This document shows, piece by piece, positions 42,470 to 51,419 of a stretch of 51,419 bases of DNA. The notes below the pieces were generated by a model. That model searched no databases, was not told where the DNA came from, and worked only from the letters and a program-made list of their open reading frames with translations. Within the stretch, counting starts at the first letter, position 1. The number at the start of each line of letters is the position of its first letter. Location of the stretch: positions 1-51,419 of the forward strand of contig NIVC01004294.1 in the NCBI GenBank assembly GCA_002269645.1, read 5' to 3'. The position numbers and the translations under genes are program-made. The stretch is from Macrostomum lignano. Lineage: Eukaryota.

Positions 42470-42930
42470 ACTACCCCATCCCACACTCCTGCATCCCACA
42501 CTCCCGCATCCCACACTCCCGCATCCCACACTCCCGCATCCCACACTCCCGCATCCCACACTCCCGCATCCCACACTCCCGCATCCCAAACTCCCCCATC
42601 CCACACTTCCACATGCCACACTCCCCCATCCCACACTCCCCCATCCCACACTTCCACATGCCACACTCCCCCATCCCACACTTCCACATGCCACACTCCC
42701 GCATCCCACACTCCCGCATCCCACACTCCCCCATCCCACACTTCCACATGCCACACTCCCCATCCCACACTACCCCATCCCACACTCCCGCATCCCACAC
42801 TCCCGCATCCCACACTCCCCCATCCCACACTTCCACATGCCACACTCCCCATCCCACACTCCCCCATCCCACACTTGCCAATCCCATACTCCCTATCCCA
42901 CACTCCCCCATCCCACGCACTCGATTCCAC
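42470..42930. repeat. 15-bp C-rich minisatellite (CCCACACTCCCGCAT)
   Basis: Tandem copies between the converging 3' ends. Confidence 0.93.
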
Positions 42931-43305
42931 ACTACGGAGATACCACACTCCCCATGGCACTTCTCAATCCCACACCCTCTATCCCACACTCCATATCCAA
43001 CATTACCCATTCTACATTGACCAATCCACACCCCTATCCAACTACCTCATCTCAAACTCATCTTATCCCTAATGTCAGTCAGACAGGTGAGGGAATTGTC
43101 CTTTAGAATTTTCTTGCCGAGTTACGCATCTTCCTATCAATTGATACAACTGATGCACAGATGTACATGTGGATATTTCATCACAGATACATTTTGGTCT
43201 TAATATTAATAAGTGGAGAATTGTGAGTCGAGTAGTTATTAAAAGACAGTACACAACAGTTTGAGCACCCCAACAGAGAAATCAGTGCATGTCCACTCAG
43301 GTAGA

Positions 43306-43487
43306 CTAGTATTGATCAACATTGAGCACCAGATTGCCCAGCCCGTCATCTGCCGAGTAGGCATCCTCGGCCACCTCGGCGTTTGCTTCGCCCGGCAGCG
43401 ACACCATGGAGCTCTGCGTGCCAAAGGCCACCCGGCTGAAGATGCTGCGCCGCGTCTTCAGGACTTTGTGCTGGTTGGCTGGCGGGC
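43306..43487 (-). CDS. Candidate alternative (distal) terminal exon of the NPC1-like gene
   Basis: Acceptor CCTATCGCAG|. The phase-1 join with ...SYV-G gives GPPANQHKVLKTRRSIFSRVAFG...GNLVLNVDQY*. The codon usage is exon-like and GC-rich. Confidence 0.55.
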
Positions 43488-43534
43488 CTGCGATAGGAAG
43501 GGTTGAGGGAGAGGCTGCAGGGAGGGAATAAAAT

Positions 43535-43945
43535 TGGATGCGGAGTGAGGTGGATATGGAGTGAGGTGGGTGTGCGGAGTGAGGTGGATATGGAGTGAGG
43601 TGGGTGTGCGGAGTGAGGTGGATGTGGAGTGAGGTGGGTGTGCGGAGTGAGGTGGGTGTGGAGTGAGGTGGGTGTGCGGAGTGAGGTGGGTGTGAGAGTG
43701 AGGTGGGTTTGAGAGTGAGGTGGATGTGAGACTGATCGGTGGGTGTGAGAGTGAGGTGGTTGTGGAGTGAGGTGGGTGTGCAGAGTGAGGCGGGTGTAGA
43801 GTGAAGTGGGTGTGCGGAGTGAGGTGGGTGTGCGGAGTGAGGTGGGTGTAGAGTGAAGTGGGTGTACGGAGTGAGGTGGGTGTGGAGTGAGGCGGGTTTA
43901 GAGTGAAGTGAGTGTACGGAGTGAGGTGGGTGTGAAGTGAGGTTT
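43535..43945. repeat. G/T-rich minisatellite (GAGTGAGGTGGGTGT)
   Basis: Tandem 15-17-bp units immediately upstream (on the minus strand) of the 43487 acceptor. Confidence 0.93.
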
Positions 43946-44734
43946 TTCAGTTGAATTTTTTCCATTTTATTCTAAGCGCCTTAGTTACAATGTAGGACGT
44001 ACAATTAAAAAATTACATGTACCTGTAGGAAACCTAAATGCTTCTACATACTAAATAATACTGAGGACGTACGTAACAAATTAGATAATAAATTAGCTGT
44101 CAAAATCAAGGTGTGCAAATCAAGCGCTGCGCTCATAATCAAGCAGTGTTAACCTCCTTTAACCGTACTTAAAAATCGAACCAAAGGCGCCAAGACAATT
44201 CAGGATTCAAAATTTAAAATTCATGTGATGATGCCTGTGATGATGTTATACATAACACATGTACTTGATATCGTTTAAAGGTCGAACTTGTTATTAATGA
44301 AAGACAACTGACAAGCAAAATTTACTGCTTAAAATCTATGAGTCTTATAAATATTCTTAATAGGCCGGGTATAAAATTGTATTTAATATTTTTAAATGTC
44401 TTATAGAGCATGAGAGAATTAATATTAAAATGCGCGAGCAATGCGGTAACTTCGTTCCATCATTAACACAAAACTGGAGGAAAGCGAGTGGTAGGCAGAT
44501 GCATCATGGCTGGGATAGCAGTTTCTTGTGGCCGCTTCAAATTCATGATTTATTACTGGGAATAAATCATTCATATCACACTACATATATTAGGTTGTTG
44601 ATCCGTATTAAATGTTAGATCCAATATCCGGCACTTGTGAAATTTTTTGAGGAGATGCGAAAATCAGAGACTGAGATTGAGATAGAAAATACTCGTAGGT
44701 AATGAGATGGATAGAAATTGAAATATTATAAAAT

Positions 44735-44925
44735 GGAATGAATATGAGAGATAGAATATGGAGATAGGAGAGATAGACTATGAGATGAGAGAGATAGAAT
44801 ATGGAGATAGGAGAGATAGACTATGAGATGGGAGAGATAGAATATGGGATAGGAGAGATAGAATATGAGATGAGAGAGATAGAATATGGGATAGGAGAGA
44901 TAGAATATGAGATGAGAGAGATAGA
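44735..44925. repeat. Degenerate purine-rich repeat (GAGAGATAGAATATG)
   Basis: Several 20-40-bp units. Confidence 0.85.
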
Positions 44926-45357
44926 CGGTGAGACGGTGGAAGGTGAGATGAGAAAAGAAAGTGCACAAAGAGAAGCAAAGAAAGGTGACAAGCGCCAGAC
45001 AGAACACTCAGATTAAATACTTGCAAATTGAAATTTTACGAGAAAAAAGACAGCAATAATCTTGCAACACTACTGAGGCTCGAGTAGAGTGAACTGATAA
45101 TTAACAATCGAAAAATATTAAGCAGATTTCTGTCTGGACACAACAAACCATTACAAGATAGAGGGGGGGGGCATACAATATAAGAAAAAAGGAATATAAA
45201 ATCTACAATAATCGATATTGTGCAAGTGGCTTTAATAGTGAGAGGAGTTCGCTTCTGTAAACCAACAGGTCCATGCAGATTGGCAAGATTCAACGGAGTC
45301 TACAGTTTATTATTTGAGTAGTTCCACAGATTCCGCCCCACTCGGGCCTCATCATTT

Positions 45358-48300
45358 TCAGCTCCTGGACTCGCCGCCGCTGCTGTCCTCCGCCTCTTCT
45401 AGCAGGCCGTAGCGCCGTCGCTTCCTCAGGCGGCCGACGCTGCCGGCTGGTCCTGGTTTTTCGCATTGTTAGTTATTTGATATAATCGATTAGCATCTCA
45501 ATCAGGGCTGACAATCAGAATGAAAAATAGCCAACAAATCAAAACGTTGCTAAAATGCTAACTAAATTCAATCTTGCCGGTTATTGCAATTTAATTTTTC
45601 TCATATAATGTCGCCGCTGCAGAATATAAATTGTTTCATTTCGCGTCACGCTACTTACAGTACACTAAATAGCGTATGTTACATTTTTTAATTTAACGAT
45701 TTTATCCATCTTTTATAGTGGAATAAAAAAGATTTGAGGGACTAACTGATCCCGATTGAATCTGGGACTGATTTGGGACTAACTGATCCCAAATAAACTA
45801 AATTTTCGATACATATCGGCATAACTCACCGACATAGCTGAGCAGCACAGGCAGGAACACGAGGCCGTGCAGGGCTCCGAACAGCACAATGCCCAGGTAC
45901 ATGCGGAAGTAGAAAATTTTGAACAGCTGGGATTTGGCAAAACCGAGGATCACAATGCCGCCCAGCTTGGTGAGGGTGATGCCGGAGAACACGGAGCTGC
46001 CCATGTGGACAAAACTGTCCCGAGCTCTGGCCAGCCGGCTGGTCTCCTTGGAGACGGCGAAAGCACGGACCAGGTGCGAGCAGAACTCCACCGAGATGCC
46101 CACGGTCTGGGGGGGGGTCAGAGGGGTCGACCTTTTAACAATGATAGTCATCGTTTCAACCATGACAATCATCCTTTCAACCATGATAATCATCATTTCA
46201 ACCATGACAATCATCATTTCAACAATGAAAATCATCATTTAAGCATGATAATCATTATTTCAACAATGATAATCATCATTTCAATAATGATTATCATCAT
46301 TTTAAGCATGACAATCATCCTTTCAACCATGACAATCATCATTTCAACAATGAAAATCATCATTTAAGCATGATAATCATTATTTCAACAATGATAATCA
46401 TCATTTCAATAATGATTATCATCATTTTAAGCATGACAATCATCCTTTCAACCATGATAATCATTATTTCAACAATGATAATCATCATTTCAATAATGAT
46501 TATCATCATTTTAAGCATGACAATCATCCTTTCAACCATGATAATCATCATTTCAATAATGATAATCATCATTTCAATAATGATTATCATCATTTTAAGC
46601 ATGACAATCATCCTTTCAACCATGATAATCATCATTTCAATAATGATAATCATCATTTCAACCATGGCAATCATCATTTCAACCATGGCAATCATCATTT
46701 CAACAATGAGAATCAGCATTTCAACAATTATAATCATCATTTCAAGCATGATAAGCGATAAGCAACTTTAAAGCTAGGATAAATTGTTTTTTCTTACATT
46801 AACGTTGCAACTGTGATAATCACTATATTAGCCACAAAAATGACTACGAAATGAAAGTGTTCAAAACGTAACAAAACCAATAGCGGCAGTTTGAGCAGTT
46901 TGAAACACGCACGCTAGCAATAATTTCATTTCAGTGCCAGGCAGTGCTAAGAGAATATGTTTCAATTTGACCCGAAATAAAGTGCATATAGCATTAGAAT
47001 TGGCTACATTTATGATAAGGAATGTCACGCCATAACTCATACAGGCCCTGCAGTGCCTGACTTGACCTATGGATTGTGAACATTCAACCTGGGCATTTCA
47101 TTGCGCAGTCCAGTCACGCCAGTTACTTATCGGAGACTATGCTACTTCATTTTTTGTGTTCCAATTTTACTTTTCCTCGCCCTAACTTTCTAGAACTGTT
47201 TTTATAATCTCATAAATCAGGGCAGTGTTGGTTGATTAAAGTGTGCCAATGCACTTTTCTCAAGTTAAAGTACATGCCGTGAATGACGACTTTACCAATA
47301 GATATCCACATCCCTACCCACAGACAGTGTCCAGGCTACCCACAGACAGTGTCCAGGCTACCCAAAGACAGTGTCCAAGCTACCCACAGACACAGTATCC
47401 AGGCTACCCACAGACACAGTATCCAGGCTACCCACAGACACAGTATCCAGGCTACCCACAGACACAGTGTCCAGGCTACCACAGACACAGTATCAGGCTA
47501 CCACAGACACAGTATCCAGGCTACCCAGACAGTATCCAGGCTACGCACAGTATCTAGGCTACCCACAGACACAGTATCCAGGCTACCATCGCTCACCATG
47601 ACGAGGTTCACCAGTGACACAGCGTTAAGCGTGATATCCCAGAAGTACATGAAGCCAAGCATGGAGTTGAGAATCAGGCCGATAGTGAGCAGTATGATGC
47701 AGGTGGAGAACAGGTCAAATCCAAGCAGGATGAAGGTCACAACGCCGATAGCGGCAACGCAGATTGACAGGTTGACAACCGTGTCGTGCACAATGGTCAG
47801 GTATTGCTCGTAGAATACGTAGAACACGCTGTACGGGAATACATTGATCTCCCTGGCAACAATTCGGTTGGAGGGTTGATAGATATAGATGCATGCAGGC
47901 AAAGCGGGACTAGCTGATCCCGAATGAATCTGGGACTGACTGCGGGACTAACGGAATGAATCTGGGCTGATTGCGGGACTAATCCAATGAATCTGGGCTG
48001 ATTGCGGGACTAATCCAATGAATCTGGGACTGACTGCGGGACTAACCCAATGAATCTGGGACTGACTGCGGGACTAACGGAATGAATCTGGGCTGATTGC
48101 GGGACTAATCCAATGAATCTGGGACTTACTGCGGGACTAACCAATGAATCTGGGACTGATTGCGGGACTAACCCAATGAATCTGGGACTGACTGCGGGAC
48201 TAACCCAATGAATCTGGGACTGACTGCGGGACTAACCCAATGAATCTGGGACTGATTGCGGGACTAACCCAATGAATCTGGGACTGACTGCGGGACTAAC

Positions 48301-50690
48301 CCAATGAATCTGGAACTGATTGCGGGACTGAACCAATGCATCTAGGACTGATTGCAGGACTAACGGAATGAATCCGGGACTGACTGCGGGACTAACAGAA
48401 GAAATCTGGGACTGATTGCAGGACTAACCCAATGAATATGGGACTGATTTCGGGACTAATAGTCAAATACAATAAAATACGCAAAAAACTCACTTTGATT
48501 GAGTAACATTCTCAAAGTACGTATTAATATCGTCAGTCATTTTAATAGCCATCTTGTAGGCGTTAATAAAATCGTCGCCGGTCCTGAGCACAGAGTGGTA
48601 GGTCATGTAGTAGGAGGCGGTCACTGCCCCGGTGGCGTTGGACCTCGCTATGGCCGTAGCGTAGGCGGCGTGTCCGCCTTTGGCGCAGGCGGGCCCGGGT
48701 TGTCCATGAGGAAATAGTCCAGGTAGCGGTAGAACTCCGACTGCACCGGCCGGCCGTCTGAAGTGAAATTCACGTTGCAGGAGACGCAATCAGTGGCCGA
48801 GCTGGTGGCCGGACAGAAGCCGCCGGAGCCGGCCGTGTGGTAGCGGCAGCAGGGCGGGTGTCCGCTTGGGTCCAGCCAGTCCACATAGTCGTCAAACCAG
48901 GAGCTGGGCGGGCTAACAATATAGGAATAGGTTGGAATCTCGGACATCTGGGACAGCTGGCCGACCATGGACTTCTGCGGACAGCCGGCCCGGCTGCACA
49001 CCAGGTTCTGCTGGCTGGGATCCGAGTAGTCCAGCGGGCCGCGCACTACAAAGTAGACGGCGGCCCGACGCTCAGATACCGCTTGATGCCGTCGAAATAG
49101 TCGATCACGTAGCTGTCCTCGGGCATGCTAAGCTCCTGGTCCAGGCCTACTCGGACATTGTGCACCGAGGCCAGGCACAGACAGGCCCAGCCGGTGAACA
49201 GCAGGATGACAAACGGCCGGACCCAGGATTGGAACAGCACAGCCGATATGTAGCGCTTGAATAGTTGGAATAGCAAGCCGCTGTTGTTGTTAGATTGCGC
49301 CGAGTCCGGATTCGAGTCCAGGATCTCGCGCGGAAGCTGCTGCTGCTGCTGTGCGGCCTGCTCATCCTTGGACGCCAGCAGGCAGCAGAGAACATCCGGC
49401 CTGCCGGCTGCCTGACGCCTGGCGTCCAGCGACAGCAGCGCCACGAAGCAGCTGATCTGCAGCAGGAAGTCCACCAGCACGGCCATGCCAGCGTACAGGG
49501 CGAACACGCGGACGGCCGGCATGGAGGTCAAGGCGCCGAAGAAGAAGGCCACGGACTCGCTCAGGCTGCTTAGCAGCATGCTGGGCCCCACGCTGCCCAC
49601 GAGCGGGCGATGCGGGCCTGCGGGGGACAGCTGAAGGGCTTGAGATCCCTGTCTAGATCCTAAATGACCACCCTATCTAGATTATAAATGACCCCACTAT
49701 CTAGATCCTAAATGACCACCCTATCTAGATTATAAATGACCCCACTATCTAGAGCCTAAATGACCACCCTATCTAGATTATACATGTAAATGACCCCACT
49801 ATCTAGATTATACATGTAAATGACCCCACTATCTAGATTATAAATGACCCCACTATCTAGATTATAAATGACCCCACTATCTAGATTATAAATGACCCCA
49901 CTATCTAGATGCTTAATGACCCCCCTAGTTCTAGATACTAAATGCCCCCCTAGTTCCAGATCCTAAATGACCCCCCCCTAGTTCTCGATAGCAAATGACC
50001 ACCCACCTAGTTCTAGATACTAAATGACCCCCCCCCTAGTTCCAGATCCTAAATGACCCCCCCTAGTTCTCGATACTAAATGCCCCCCCTAGTTCCAGAT
50101 CCTAAATGACCCCCCCCCTAGTTCTCGATACTAAATGCCCCCCTAGTCCTAGATCCTAAATGACCCTCACCCCCTATTATAGGATCCTAAGGAATCCTTG
50201 ATCCTATTCCAGGCGGATAACGCACGTGATTATGAGATGACTGGTTTACCTGCACGCAGTCGGCATAGGCGGCGTCCCGCTGGTAGTGCTGCACCAGAAT
50301 GAATATGTTATCAACCCCAACGGCCAGCACTAGGAAAGGCACAACCTCGATAATGATAAGCGTGGCCGGGAAGCCCAGATAGCTCCAGAATCCCAGGGAG
50401 CAGGCCACAGCGATCAGCACAATGACCACACCGGCCAGGCCCAGAGTGACCTTGGCGTCGATGAACAGCCGGTTGCAGGACTTGTACTGACCCAGCGTGA
50501 TGGTCACGTAGGCAAACATCACCAGGTAGCTAATTAGGATTGTCAGCACGTCCGAGTTCGATTCCCGTTCCAGCTCGTCTTCAATCGAGCGCTCCGACGA
50601 GTAGCGCACATCGAATTCGGCCGAATTGTCCTCTTTGAACTGGCGAGCCACCTTGAGAAAGGCCGACTCCCATTCTTTGGCCGCGCGCAC
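45358..50690 (-). CDS. NPC1: Niemann-Pick C1-like sterol transporter (SSD, Cys-rich luminal loop, C-terminal TM bundle), 3' part, with 3 frameshifts
   Basis: Minus-strand exons: 50690-50250, 49617-48494, 47852-47597, 46106-45830, 45452-45358 (TGA). Motifs: AKEWESAFL; [13 protein letters not shown]; [16 protein letters not shown] (SSD); [12 protein letters not shown]; [13 protein letters not shown]; [10 protein letters not shown]; CAKGGHAAY; [15 protein letters not shown]; [10 protein letters not shown]; [15 protein letters not shown]; [11 protein letters not shown]. One-base frameshifts near 49605, 49060 and 48695. The 5' part lies beyond the window. Confidence 0.95.
46140..46750. repeat. 21-bp minisatellite (ATCATCATTTCAACCATGATA), NPC1 intron
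   Basis: About 29 degenerate copies next to the acceptor. Confidence 0.95.
47295..47588. repeat. 24-bp minisatellite (GGCTACCCACAGACACAGTATCCA), NPC1 intron
   Basis: About 12 copies next to the donor. Confidence 0.95.
47904..48460. repeat. About 32-bp minisatellite (GCGGGACTAACCCAATGAATCTGGGACTGAYT), NPC1 intron
   Basis: About 17 copies. Confidence 0.95.
49650..50170. repeat. About 23-bp minisatellite (CTAGATCCTAAATGACCCCACTAT), NPC1 intron
   Basis: Degenerate tandem copies. Confidence 0.93.
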
Positions 50691-50699
50691 CTGTTTGAG

Positions 50700-51419
50700 G
50701 GATTTTAAGGGATTTTTGAGGGATAATGGAGATCTATAGGGTATAATGGAAATTTGTAGGGGAAATGAGGATCTGTAGGGGATAATGGGAATCTGTAGAG
50801 GATAATGGGTATCAATAGGGAATAATGGATATCTGTATGGGATAATGTGGATCTTTAGGGAATAATGGGGATCTGTATGGGATAATGTGGATCTTTAGGG
50901 ATAATGGGGATCTGTATGGGATAATGTGGATCTTTAGGGGATAATGGGGATCCATAGAGGATAATGGGGATCAATAGGGGATAATGGGGATCTGTAGGGG
51001 ATGATGGAAACTTGTAGGGGATAATGGGGATCTGTAAGGGATAATGGAAATCTGTAGGGGATAATGGCGATCTGTAGGGATAATGGGGATCTTTAGGGAT
51101 AATGGGGATCTGTAGGGGATGATGGAAACTTGTAGGGGATAATGGGATCTGTATGGGATAATGTGGATCTTTAAAGGATAATGGGGATCCATAGAGGATA
51201 ATGGGGATCAATAGGGGATAATGGGGATCTACATGGGATAATGGAGATCTGTAGGGGATAATGTGGATCTTTAGGGATAATGGGGATCCCTAGAAGATAA
51301 TGGGGATCTGTAAGGGATAATGGGGATCCCTAGAAGATAATGGGGAATCTGTAAGGGATAATGGGGATCTGTAGGGGATAATGGGGATCTGTAGGGGATA
51401 ATGGCGATCTGTAGGGGAT
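50700..51419. repeat. About 20-bp minisatellite (GGGATAATGGGGATCTGTA), NPC1 intron, runs off the window
   Basis: Tandem copies to the end of the window. Confidence 0.95.

Noticed and set aside
45867-49573. Plus-strand ORFs opposite the NPC1 exons
   Set aside because: They are antisense shadows of NPC1 coding sequence.

Overview
This window is animal genomic DNA, not prokaryotic. It has GC-rich exons, GT-AG introns, and introns and intergenic DNA filled with micro- and minisatellites. That style suggests a free-living flatworm such as Macrostomum lignano, which is an inference I could not check. Most ORFs in the supplied track are repeat artefacts. By splicing manually I reconstructed four multi-exon genes. 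(A) An IR25a/IR8a-like ionotropic receptor (+, 3' part, 1-5802) with a co-receptor-extra-loop-like insertion. (B) An ARHGAP19-like RhoGAP (-, 22532-17139, 9 exons, 785 aa, no disruptions). (C) A divergent iGluR/IR-family receptor (+, 33177-42133) with an altered M3 gate motif and an in-frame TAA. (D) An NPC1-like sterol transporter (-, 3' part, 50690-45358) with a second candidate terminal exon at 43487-43306. Also present are a full-length but disrupted DD34D mariner inserted into a TA inside a minisatellite, an unexplained 846-bp non-coding insert between exact 16-bp direct repeats, and about 35 distinct tandem arrays. Genes A, C and D carry single-base frameshifts that may be long-read assembly errors. 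I found no CRISPR array, tRNA or rRNA, and no clearly new multi-gene system. The best leads are the CREL-bearing receptor, the one-private-minisatellite-per-intron architecture (some arrays are built from splice-site mimics), the alternative NPC1 tails and the direct-repeat-flanked element. Exon boundaries were counted by hand. Array limits are approximate.
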